A DNA stretch of 49,038 nt from Candidatus Berkelbacteria bacterium (GCA_030650195.1 JAUSEP010000041.1:1-49038), one strand, 5' to 3'; shown: positions 14,487 through 21,991, numbered from the stretch's first letter. The notes: generated by a model not told the origin, from the letters alone. Numbers and translations are program-made.

Positions 14487-16592
14487 ATGGCTCGTCAGTA
14501 CCCGCTTGAGCGGATCCGTAACATCGGTATTATTGCCCACATCGACGCCGGTAAAACAACCGTTTCTGAACGGATTTTGTTCTATACCGGTAAAACTTAC
14601 AAAATGGGTGAGGTTCATGAAGGTGCAGCAGTCATGGACTGGATGGAACAGGAGCAAGAACGTGGTATTACCATTACCGCAGCTGCTACAACCGCGTTCT
14701 GGAAAGACCATAACATTAATATTATTGATACCCCGGGACACATTGATTTCACAATTGAAGTTCAACGTTCCTTACGTGTTCTTGACGGTGCGGTAACTGT
14801 TTTTGACGGTGTTGCAGGAGTTGAGGCACAAAGTGAAACTGTTTGGCGACAGGCAGATAAATATAAAGTTCCTCGAATTTGTTTTGTTAATAAGCTTGAT
14901 CGTATTGGGGCTGATTTTAAATACGTCGTTAAAACTATTCAGGATCGTTTAGGAGCCAAAGTTGCTGTGATGCAGTTACCTATTGGCGAGGAAGAGAATC
15001 TTAAGGGCATTGTAGATTTAATTAAAAACAAAGCTGTTGTTTGGAAGTCCGATGACTTAGGTAAGGCTCCAGAGGAAACAGACGTTCCTGCCGATATGAA
15101 AGAGGAGGTTGAGAAATACCGTCACAAATTGATAGAGCAGATCGCCGAGACTGACGAGGCTCTAATGCATAAATACTTTGAGGGTACCGAGCTGACTGAG
15201 GCCGAACTTAAGGCTGCTTTGAGAGTGGCTGTATTGAAAGTTGAGATTTTTCCGGTCTTAGCTGGCTCTGCACTCAAAAACAAAGGTGTCCAAACTCTAC
15301 TTGATGCCGTTGTTGATTACCTGCCTTCCCCGCTTGATGTACCACCGCTTAAGGGAACAGATGTCAAGGACGAGGAAAAAGAGATTGTGAGAGCAGTTTC
15401 TGACGACGAGCCTTTTACCGCTTTGGCTTTTAAAGTTGCGACCGACCCGTTTGTTGGTTCCCTCACCTTCTTTCGTGTTTACGCCGGTAAACTCACGGCA
15501 GGATCTTATGTTTTAAATAGTTCTAAGGGCGAGAAAGAACGAGTTGGACGCATTGTTCGCTTGCACGCTAACTCCCGTGAGGATGTTGCTGAAGTTTACA
15601 CTGGAGATATCGCGGCAGCTGTCGGTTTAAAAGCTACTACCACAGGAGATACTCTATGTGACGAAAAATCCCCAATTATTCTAGAGCGTATTGTTGCTCC
15701 TGAACCAGTTATTAAAATGGCTATCGAGCCTAAGACCAAAGCCGATCAGGAAAAAATGGGCGCGGCTCTCATGCGCTTAGCTGCCGAGGATCCAACTTTA
15801 CGTTTAAGCCAGGATGCTACTACCAACCAAACGCTTATTGAAGGTATGGGGGAATTGCATTTGGATATTATCGTTGATCGTATGAAACGAGAGTTTAACG
15901 TTGAAGCCAATAAAGGCGCTCCGCAGGTTGCTTACAAAGAAGCTATTACCAAAACCGTTAAACAAGAGGGTAAATATATTAAACAGACCGGTGGTCGCGG
16001 CCAATACGGCCACGTTTGGTTGGAGATTGAACCTCTTGAACAGGGCGGTGGTTTCGAATTTGTTAATAAAGTTTTTGGTGGAGCGATTCCTCGTGAGTTT
16101 ATTCCCTCCGTTGAAAAAGGTGTTCGAGATGTATTGAGCAAGGGTGTTATTGCCGGCTATCCGCTGGTTGATATTAAAGCAACCCTTTATGACGGTTCGT
16201 ACCATGATGTTGACTCCTCCGATGTTGCATTCCAAATTGCTGGAGCTATGGCATTCAAGGAAGGTGTTCGTAAAGCCGGTCCTGTCATTCTCGAGCCGAT
16301 AATGAAAGTAGAAGTCACCACTCCAGATGAATTCTTTGGCTCGGTAGTTGGAGACTTGAATGCTCGTCGCGGCAAGGTACAAGGTTCGGAAGAGCGCGGT
16401 AACTCCCACGTTGTGGACTGTCAGGTACCATTATCTGAAATGTTTGGTTATATCACCGAGTTACGAGGGATGTCCCAAGGACGCGCTGCCTATACTATGG
16501 AATTTGACCATTACGAAGAGGTGCCGCGCAATATTGCCGAAGGTATTATCGGAAAATCTCCTTCATCTAAGACTGTTGATGCTGAGGCTTAA
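14487..16592 (+). CDS. fusA: Elongation factor G
   Basis: The track ORF (14424) overlaps rpsG. The ATG at 14487 gives [25 protein letters not shown], followed by DTPGHIDF and NKLD. Confidence 0.97.
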   Translation: MARQYPLERIRNIGIIAHIDAGKTTVSERILFYTGKTYKMGEVHEGAAVMDWMEQEQERGITITAAATTAFWKDHNINIIDTPGHIDFTIEVQRSLRVLDGAVTVFDGVAGVEAQSETVWRQADKYKVPRICFVNKLDRIGADFKYVVKTIQDRLGAKVAVMQLPIGEEENLKGIVDLIKNKAVVWKSDDLGKAPEETDVPADMKEEVEKYRHKLIEQIAETDEALMHKYFEGTELTEAELKAALRVAVLKVEIFPVLAGSALKNKGVQTLLDAVVDYLPSPLDVPPLKGTDVKDEEKEIVRAVSDDEPFTALAFKVATDPFVGSLTFFRVYAGKLTAGSYVLNSSKGEKERVGRIVRLHANSREDVAEVYTGDIAAAVGLKATTTGDTLCDEKSPIILERIVAPEPVIKMAIEPKTKADQEKMGAALMRLAAEDPTLRLSQDATTNQTLIEGMGELHLDIIVDRMKREFNVEANKGAPQVAYKEAITKTVKQEGKYIKQTGGRGQYGHVWLEIEPLEQGGGFEFVNKVFGGAIPREFIPSVEKGVRDVLSKGVIAGYPLVDIKATLYDGSYHDVDSSDVAFQIAGAMAFKEGVRKAGPVILEPIMKVEVTTPDEFFGSVVGDLNARRGKVQGSEERGNSHVVDCQVPLSEMFGYITELRGMSQGRAAYTMEFDHYEEVPRNIAEGIIGKSPSSKTVDAEA

Positions 16593-16780
16593 AGTCTTTA
16601 TCTACAGGTATCGTTGGCAGATCCTGATTCTGCTAGCATTACTGCTTGGTACTTTTGTCGGCTCATTTTTCCCCAATTGCTATCGCTACGCTGATGCGGC
16701 TACGTTGCTAAATTGCCCCTAAACGTTCCTACCTCCACCTGCAGGGTGGGATAAGGTTGGGGAATGTAATTTATGTGTAA

Positions 16781-16814
16781 ATTAAAAGGCCTCGGCGCAT
16801 GTGCGCTTTGGCCT
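16781..16814 (-). terminator. Intrinsic terminator of the small minus-strand membrane gene
   Basis: A nested hairpin pairs AGGCC (16787..16791) with GGCCT (16810..16814), and GCGCA with TGCGC inside it. On the minus strand it is followed by UUUUAAU. Confidence 0.55.
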
Positions 16815-16841
16815 CCAAATTGATAGGTAGGGCGGATATGT

Positions 16842-17060
16842 TTAGCTTTTAGGTTTTGGGACGTTTCCGGCGTACCATAAGCCAATTGCTCCAACGCCTC
16901 CGCACGTACCGCCGATGAATATCCAATCTTGCTCTGGGTCTTGGTATAACCCAAACATCATGATCATCCCGGCAGTGAAAAGTAGCGCCCCAACTCCCAG
17001 CGCGATCCACCAAGTCATAAGTGCTTGGCTTGGTTCAGATTTAGTAAGGTTCTTTTTCAT
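16842..17060 (-). CDS. Small two-TM membrane protein, unknown function
   Basis: 72-aa ORF with a perfect AGGAGG (17067..17072, minus strand) 6 nt before the ATG. It has two hydrophobic helices and its own terminator. It is antisense to the flanking fusA and tuf. Confidence 0.7.
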   Translation of the reverse strand: MKKNLTKSEPSQALMTWWIALGVGALLFTAGMIMMFGLYQDPEQDWIFIGGTCGGVGAIGLWYAGNVPKPKS

Positions 17061-17262
17061 CGGTTTCCTCCTTTAGGTCCGAAGATTTCTGGAAGTATTA
17101 TAGGCTCAAATCCACCAAAAGTCAACCCATTTTGCCCCATCTTTTCTAATCCGCAAGAGCGGGCTAAAGCCGAAAGGCCATTTGAACTATTTTATCAATT
17201 AACCTGAAAACTGTGAGCGATTACCATTTAAACAATTTAGGCACGGTTCCCATCACCCCATA

Positions 17263-17292
17263 TTGACGTCCCTATGTCTAACCTGTTACAAT
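17263..17292 (+). promoter_or_regulatory. Candidate sigma70-type promoter for tuf-rpsJ
   Basis: TTGACG, an 18-nt spacer, then TACAAT, about 70 nt upstream of the tuf ATG. AAAGGAG serves as the SD. Confidence 0.45.
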
Positions 17293-17361
17293 TGAACTCG
17301 TTTTGGGTTACAATAAATCAAAGTAAAATATTAGCTAAGTTAAAGGAGAAAGGTAATACAA

Positions 17362-18543
17362 ATGGCAGACAAATTTGAACGCACCAAGCCGCATGTCAAC
17401 GTTGGTACTATTGGACACGTCGACCACGGTAAAACTACCTTGACTGCCGCGATCACCAATGTGCTCGCCAAGCAGGGCAAGGCCGAGAAAAGAGCAGTTG
17501 ATCAGATCGATAACGCGCCAGAAGAGAAACAGCGCGGTATTACGATTGCTACCTATCACGTTGAGTACGAGTCTGACAAAAGACACTACGCTCACGTTGA
17601 CTGTCCGGGACACGCAGACTACGTAAAGAATATGATTACAGGCGCCGCTCAAATGGATGCGGCAATTTTGGTTGTTTCTGCACCTGACGGTCCGATGCCA
17701 CAGACTCGTGAACACATCTTGCTAGCCAAACAGGTTGGAGTGCCTTACGTAGTTGTTTACTTGAACAAATGCGACCAGGTTACTGATACAGATCTTTTGG
17801 ATCTAGTCGAAGAAGAAATCCGTGATTTATTAACCAAATACGAGTATCCAGGCAAAGATACCCCGATTATTAAGGGTTCCGCCTTGAAGGCTCTTGACGG
17901 TGACGCTGAAGCTGAAAAGTCTATTAACGACCTCGTAGAAGCTTTAGACACTTACGTCCCAGACCCAGTTCGTGAAACAGACAAACCATTCCTAATGCCA
18001 GTTGAAGATGTCTTCTCAATCAAGGGCCGTGGCACAGTTGCTACTGGTCGTGTTGAGCGTGGCACAATCAAAATCGGTGAAGAAGTTGAGATCGTCGGAT
18101 TACACCCAACTAAGAAAACTGTTGTAACCGGTGTTGAAATGTTCCGAAAGATGTTAGATTCCGGTCAAGCCGGTGACAATATTGGTTTGCTGGTCCGTGG
18201 TCTTGAGCGAACAGATATCGAACGTGGTCAGGTTATCTGCAAACCAGGCTCAGTTACTCCACACACCGAATTTGACGCCGAGTGCTACATCCTTAAAAAA
18301 GAAGAGGGTGGCCGACATACCCCGTTCACCAAAGGTTACAAACCTCAGTTCTACTTCCGAACAACTGACGTAACAGGTGAAGTTGAGCTTCCGGAAGGTA
18401 TGGAGATGGTAGTTCCAGGCGACACTACAACATTCAAGGTGAAACTGATTCAACCTATTGCCATGGAAGAGAAACTCAGATTCGCTATCCGTGAGGGTGG
18501 CCGAACTGTCGGCGCCGGTGTGGTCACTAAGATCACTAAGTAA
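17362..18543 (+). CDS. tuf: Elongation factor Tu
   Basis: [39 protein letters not shown]. 393 aa. Confidence 0.98.
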   Translation: MADKFERTKPHVNVGTIGHVDHGKTTLTAAITNVLAKQGKAEKRAVDQIDNAPEEKQRGITIATYHVEYESDKRHYAHVDCPGHADYVKNMITGAAQMDAAILVVSAPDGPMPQTREHILLAKQVGVPYVVVYLNKCDQVTDTDLLDLVEEEIRDLLTKYEYPGKDTPIIKGSALKALDGDAEAEKSINDLVEALDTYVPDPVRETDKPFLMPVEDVFSIKGRGTVATGRVERGTIKIGEEVEIVGLHPTKKTVVTGVEMFRKMLDSGQAGDNIGLLVRGLERTDIERGQVICKPGSVTPHTEFDAECYILKKEEGGRHTPFTKGYKPQFYFRTTDVTGEVELPEGMEMVVPGDTTTFKVKLIQPIAMEEKLRFAIREGGRTVGAGVVTKITK

Positions 18544-18567
18544 CAAATAAAAATTGCACTTTAATCA

Positions 18568-18897
18568 ATGGCTAACACTAAACGCGAACAAGCTAAAAGC
18601 TCGATAAGAATTAAGCTCAAAGCTTACGACTACAGAGTCATTGATCGTAGTGCAAAAAAAATAATAGATACCGCCGAGCGGACGGGGGCTGTGGTAGCAG
18701 GTCCCATTCCGTTGCCAACGGAGAAGTCTTTGGTTACGGTAAACCGCTCGACGTTTGTTCACAAAGACGCCCGTGAACAGTTCGAGATCCGTATCCACAA
18801 ACGCATCATTGATGTGCTGGATCCAAACCCAAAGACACTAGACGCTCTGATGAATCTTGATCTACCGGCTGGTGTAGACATTGAAATCAAGACTTAG
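18568..18897 (+). CDS. rpsJ: 30S ribosomal protein S10
   Basis: [29 protein letters not shown]...GPIPLPT, 109 aa. Confidence 0.96.
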   Translation: MANTKREQAKSSIRIKLKAYDYRVIDRSAKKIIDTAERTGAVVAGPIPLPTEKSLVTVNRSTFVHKDAREQFEIRIHKRIIDVLDPNPKTLDALMNLDLPAGVDIEIKT

Positions 18898-18924
18898 ATA
18901 ACAAAAGTACTAGATATGCAAAAA

Positions 18925-18948
18925 GCCGTCCACATGGGCGGCTTTTTG
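18925..18948. terminator. Intrinsic terminator immediately after rpsJ (A run upstream, U run downstream)
   Basis: The stem pairs GCCGTCC (18925..18931) with GGGCGGC (18936..18942), including one wobble. The loop is ACAT, followed by TTTTT and preceded by AAAAA. Confidence 0.7.
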
Positions 18949-19018
18949 TTGGGGATCGGACAGACTTATAGTAAAATTTGGCAATGGTGATACAACGGAT
19001 TGCTCAGGTGAATATCGA

Positions 19019-19582
19019 ATGAGGAAAGCTTTTATCATCCACGGTTGGGAGGGTAAGCCAGCTGAAGGCTGGATGCCGTGGCTAAGAACTGAGCTAGAAC
19101 AGCGAGAATGGGAGGTCAATGCACCGCAGATGCCTCACCCCATGCTTCCAAAACTCGAAGAGTGGCTTTTAACTATTAGTCAATTAGTTGGGGTACCTGA
19201 TTCGGAAACTTATTTCGTTGGTCACTCTCTTGGTTGCTACACAATTTTGAAGTATCTAGAATCCCTACCAGACGGTATTAAGGTTGGCGGCGTAGTGCTT
19301 GTTGCTGGATTTGCCGGTAACTTAAAACACCCCATCCCAGTCCTACAGTCGTACTACAAAGATGGTTTATCTTGGGACAAGATAAGGCCGCATTGCGATA
19401 ATATAGTCGCCATATATTCAAAGCGTGACGACTACGTCCGTGAGGAATCTGCTCACGAATTTGTCCAGCATTTAGGGGCAAAGATTATCGAGAACAACAA
19501 TTGGGAACATTTCTCTGGAGTAGAGGGCATTAAAGAGCTCCCAGATGTACTCAACTCCCTTTTGGAGATGGCTAAGAACTAG
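19019..19582 (+). CDS. Alpha/beta serine hydrolase, YdeN/RBBP9-like
   Basis: 187 aa. The N-terminus is FIIHGWEGKP and the nucleophile elbow is GHSLG. Candidate Asp (KRDDYV) and His (WEHF) residues lie downstream. The size and layout fit the small Ser_hydrolase family; this is a family-knowledge call, not a search result. Confidence 0.7.
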   Translation: MRKAFIIHGWEGKPAEGWMPWLRTELEQREWEVNAPQMPHPMLPKLEEWLLTISQLVGVPDSETYFVGHSLGCYTILKYLESLPDGIKVGGVVLVAGFAGNLKHPIPVLQSYYKDGLSWDKIRPHCDNIVAIYSKRDDYVREESAHEFVQHLGAKIIENNNWEHFSGVEGIKELPDVLNSLLEMAKN

Positions 19583-19614
19583 ACAGCCTAACTTAAGTTG
19601 ATCATTATTAATTT

Positions 19615-20577
19615 ATGAATAATAAATGGGTATGGATTTCGGTTTCGATAATTGTAATTGTTCTTATACTAATAGGCTTTTGGGTTAGCTCTCGATCGGA
19701 TAGTCCAACTACTTTAGAAAGCGCAACAACAACACAACCTACTACTACAACAAAAACTACTTCGACATGGACAAAAACCGGTACGGCTGTAACAGGGAGC
19801 TTTGCCGATGCCGATACTGTTAAGTTATCTGACAACAGCTATCGAATGTACTACGCAATCCAGCCCGAAGTCGTGGGTAATAATTTCGAAGTTTACTCAT
19901 CTACCTCAACTGATGGTAAGACATGGGCAAAGGATCCTGGTACTCGTAAAACCATGGTTACTTTTCCTGAAGTCGTTAAGTTATCTGATGGTAGATATAG
20001 GATGTATTTTCAGAGTGGAGGAGTAATAAAGAGCGCCATATCTACTGATGGTCTGACTTTCACAGATGAGGCAGGAACCCGCATAGATAAAACAAATGAA
20101 CTTGGCCTGACGTTTGATAACGTTGCCGCTCCTACAATTTATGCACAAACTGATAGCTTCGTAATGGTTTACCGTGGCACTGTTAACACTCCATACGTTG
20201 GCGAAAAAGTACCTAACCAAAACACGCAGATTTTGCTTTGGGCTAGTTCCGCTGACGGTTTGACGTGGACGAAGAAGGGTTTAGCGGTAGATAGCCGCAA
20301 CGCCACGTTATATAGTCTAGCAGATGGGCCGGAGCTGTTTGTCTGGAAAGATGGCAGTGTGAAACTTTCATTCTGGAGTTACCAGGGAGTTTACTGGTCA
20401 ACTTTTAAAGAGGGTGTTTTCAGCACTCCGGAGAAAGTATTTGCTTTAGCCGAGAGCACTACAATGAATAAATTTCCAACACCTACGCCCGGTGACCCGA
20501 CGTACGCGGAATTTAACGACGTTTGGTATATGTACTACGGTCAAAAAACCGGAATTGACTACGCTGTTGCTAACTAA
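19615..20577 (+). CDS. Membrane-anchored BNR/Asp-box beta-propeller protein (sialidase/glycoside-hydrolase-like)
   Basis: 320 aa with an N-terminal TM helix and a Thr-rich linker (TTTQPTTTTKTTST). There are three SxDGxT(W/F) Asp-boxes: STDGKTW, STDGLTF, SADGLTW. YRMY-type strand motifs recur. Confidence 0.65.
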   Translation: MNNKWVWISVSIIVIVLILIGFWVSSRSDSPTTLESATTTQPTTTTKTTSTWTKTGTAVTGSFADADTVKLSDNSYRMYYAIQPEVVGNNFEVYSSTSTDGKTWAKDPGTRKTMVTFPEVVKLSDGRYRMYFQSGGVIKSAISTDGLTFTDEAGTRIDKTNELGLTFDNVAAPTIYAQTDSFVMVYRGTVNTPYVGEKVPNQNTQILLWASSADGLTWTKKGLAVDSRNATLYSLADGPELFVWKDGSVKLSFWSYQGVYWSTFKEGVFSTPEKVFALAESTTMNKFPTPTPGDPTYAEFNDVWYMYYGQKTGIDYAVAN

Positions 20578-20582
20578 GTCTT

Positions 20583-20616
20583 TTTAAGAAAATCCTCCGT
20601 TCGCGACGACGGAGGG
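20583..20616 (-). terminator. Intrinsic terminator (minus strand) ending the candidate sRNA
   Basis: The 7-bp stem pairs CCTCCGT (20594..20600) with ACGGAGG (20609..20615) around an 8-nt loop. On the minus strand it is followed by AUUUUCUUAAAAA. Confidence 0.6.
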
Positions 20617-20697
20617 CTCAAGCGAGGTGCGGGGCCGAACAATCGCGAAGACCCCGTAATGCGCGCATTTCTCATATGTCGCGAAGAATTGCGCACT
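20585..20697 (-). ncRNA. Candidate ~110-nt small RNA with three stem-loops, each with UCGCGA in the loop; family unknown
   Basis: It is bounded by an extended -10 promoter and an intrinsic terminator and has no SD-preceded ORF. The hairpins are 20663..20694, 20631..20655 and 20594..20615. TCGCGA lies at 20679..20684, 20643..20648 and 20601..20606, always in the loop. Hairpin 2 has a G.U pair on the minus strand only; on the plus strand it would be an A-C mismatch. Confidence 0.4.
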
Positions 20698-20702
20698 AGC
20701 AG

Positions 20703-20731
20703 ATTATAACACAAATGCGGTGGTCTTAAAA
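20703..20731 (-). promoter_or_regulatory. Candidate extended -10 promoter (TGTTATAAT) for the small RNA
   Basis: The minus strand reads TGTTATAAT (plus 20703..20711). A weak -35 (TTTAAG/TTTTAA) lies 16-17 nt upstream and overlaps the U tract of the preceding terminator. Confidence 0.4.
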
Positions 20732-20766
20732 AAGAAGCCTCGTATATTTGCGTATACGAGGACTTC
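20728..20766 (-). terminator. Strong intrinsic terminator (minus strand)
   Basis: The 9-bp stem pairs CCTCGTATA (20738..20746) with TATACGAGG (20753..20761). A 4-bp extension (GAAG/CTTC, one bulged A) adds to it. On the minus strand it is followed by UUUUUU (plus-strand A run 20728..20733). Confidence 0.7.
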
Positions 20767-21235
20767 TTCCACGTTCTGCATCAAGGGTGGGTTTAAGAAA
20801 GATATGAGCTCATATCTACGGGCGAGGCGCAAACTCCGCCACCGCTCTCCCTGAACACACTTACCTCGTGGGAGGATCCAGCTGTGTTCTCTTAGAACAA
20901 CCTCCTTTAACTTTTTACTAGTAGCCAATTCATCGTTGTTGTTCTTGATGCGCTTAACGAACAAACACACTCACGTAGCAACTACAGAGAGACTAGTTCC
21001 TCGTACTGTGGACCTCAGGGAAGGTCTAATACCAATATACACCATTTTAATAACGCAATACCCTACTATTGGGTTGTTCTTTGCTTTGGAACGACTATAA
21101 TACCGTTGTATTCTGCAAAAGGTACCAAGGCAGGCTGGAGGCTGCTCAGATCCTATCCAGTCCTGCCCGACTTATCCCCCGCAACCTCACCGATGCCGCC
21201 CTTAGTCCTTCAAGACGGGGCGGCTTAAACTAGAG
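20767..21235 (-). ncRNA. Hairpin-rich non-coding segment between two minus-strand terminators (candidate structured RNA or long 3' UTR); family unknown
   Basis: About 470 nt with no SD-preceded ORF on either strand. GC-rich hairpins lie at 21195..21224 (7 bp) and 21129..21167 (10 bp, one bulge). GGAGG (20871..20875) can pair with CCTCC (20901..20905), enclosing the GTTCT/AGAAC hairpin. GACCT pairs with AGGTC at 21011..21026. A perfect 18-nt palindrome lies at 20800..20817. Confidence 0.3.
20800..20817. repeat. Perfect 18-nt palindrome AGATATGAGCTCATATCT
   Basis: Read directly from the sequence: it equals its own reverse complement. Confidence 0.9.
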
Positions 21236-21271
21236 ATAAAGAAAACATCCTGATCACATGCGACCAGGATG
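21236..21271 (-). terminator. Intrinsic terminator of the 132-aa ORF (minus strand)
   Basis: The 10-bp stem spans 21246..21255 and 21262..21271. It has a G.U pair on the minus strand only, which would be an A-C mismatch on the plus strand. The loop is 6 nt, followed by UUUUCUUUAU on the minus strand. Confidence 0.7.
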
Positions 21272-21292
21272 TTCGGACGGTGTCGGCTGTTT

Positions 21293-21691
21293 CTATCCAA
21301 CACAGGTGGGTTGCGAGGCTTTTCTCAAGCCCTCTAAAACGGGACCAGGACGGTTGTTACCAGCCCAAGTAAGTAACTCGTTGACTGGCATATCTTGAAT
21401 CTTTGCGCTGAGAGATATCAGCCAATATCCGAGCAGTACAACTCCATGACTGGCGTCACATTTTTTCACCAGTTGGTCTAGCTCCTCAGACTGAAACAAG
21501 CATCCAACGAGTGCGTTATGTCTCCGAGTAGCGCCTTCACTTTCTCGATTCTGAACTCCGATAATCGTCACCCCTTGCTCAACTACTCGGTAACACTCTT
21601 CACACAAAGGGTAAATCATATCGAAGCGAGTTGGTAGGTCATCGCTACCGCGCTCCTGTGCCTGGTTATGGCAACAAGTACAAACAGCCAT
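21293..21691 (-). CDS. Orphan Cys-rich protein with N-terminal CxxC...CxxC zinc-ribbon-like motif, unknown function
   Basis: 132-aa ORF. A GGAGGA SD (21700..21705, minus strand) lies 8 nt before the ATG. It has a near-consensus promoter and its own terminator. The motifs are C4-x2-C7(H8) and C30-x2-C33. I recognise no family. Confidence 0.65.
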   Translation of the reverse strand: MAVCTCCHNQAQERGSDDLPTRFDMIYPLCEECYRVVEQGVTIIGVQNRESEGATRRHNALVGCLFQSEELDQLVKKCDASHGVVLLGYWLISLSAKIQDMPVNELLTWAGNNRPGPVLEGLRKASQPTCVG

Positions 21692-21724
21692 GTATAAGGT
21701 CCTCCGGAATTTTTGACGTAAAAT

Positions 21725-21753
21725 AGCGTACCGCTACTAAACGCCTCTGTCAA
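21725..21753 (-). promoter_or_regulatory. Candidate sigma70-type promoter for the 132-aa ORF
   Basis: On the minus strand: TTGACA (plus 21748..21753), a 17-nt spacer, then TACGCT (plus 21725..21730). Confidence 0.5.
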
Positions 21754-21781
21754 TACTATACGCCTATTATGGGCACTGGAC

Positions 21782-21821
21782 GCCGGCTCGCTTGTGGACT
21801 CGAGCCGGCTAGGTTTTCGTT
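21782..21821 (+). terminator. GC-rich hairpin with T-rich tail, oriented as a plus-strand terminator
   Basis: The perfect 9-bp stem pairs GCCGGCTCG (21782..21790) with CGAGCCGGC (21801..21809) around a 10-nt loop. TAGGTTTTCGTT follows on the plus strand; there is no U tract on the minus strand. Confidence 0.4.
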
Positions 21822-21991
21822 GGGTGGCCCTATTACCATAGGTGGGCATCCATGGAATGGACCGATTCCAAACTGAAGCTAGGCTTAAGTTATTCCAGAA
21901 ACCGTCCAGATTCATTAGATAAAGTAACTAACTAGGAGGCACGAGATTAGTGTTTTTTGGCGTTCATTCTGAATTGCTCCTGTCACTCCCC

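Noticed and set aside
15804-16409. Long antisense or shadow ORFs inside highly conserved genes. Examples are the 201-aa ORF antisense to fusA, 3502..3963, 12708..13043, 17335..17715 antisense to tuf, and 29300..29740.
   Set aside because: They lie entirely within strongly supported genes on the other strand or frame, lack SD sequences and have unremarkable composition. These are typical shadow ORFs.
17103-17113. A T-loop-like GGCTCAAATCC in the fusA-tuf gap. tRNA genes often precede tuf.
   Set aside because: The flanks cannot form a T stem, and no acceptor, D or anticodon arms are recognisable. No tRNA is called anywhere in the window.
20704-20970. 88-aa minus-strand ORF in the non-coding segment.
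   Set aside because: It has a GTG start with no SD. It runs straight through the strong terminator hairpin (20734..20766) and the sRNA promoter. Its composition is low-complexity or odd. It is most likely a chance ORF.
20767-21235. Partial resemblance to RNase P RNA, tmRNA and SRP RNA. Minus-strand GGGGGAUAAGUCGGGC resembles the CR-I/P4 GAGGAAAGUCCGGGC, preceded by a P3-like hairpin. The same GGGGGAU... resembles a tmRNA 5' end. CAGGACUGGAUAGGAUCUGAGCAGCC resembles SRP domain IV.
   Set aside because: No complementary P4 3' strand (CCCGCUU or ACAGAA..GGCUUA type) is present downstream. The only GCAAACUCCGCC-like CR-III match is on the opposite strand. There is no tRNA-like T-arm or CCA-proximal acceptor end and no plausible tag ORF ending in a hydrophobic-AA stop. 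The loop is GGAU rather than GNRA, and the AGCA/GGAA symmetric-loop geometry does not fit SRP. A covariance-model scan is still needed to be sure.
18894-21935. A possible target-site duplication. TTAGATAA followed by AGTA..CTAG-like sequence occurs both right after rpsJ (about 18894..18915) and upstream of rplC (about 21914..21935).
   Set aside because: Only 8 nt are identical and the rest is loosely similar AT-rich sequence. No integrase, transposase, tRNA or terminal inverted repeats are present. It is compatible with chance.
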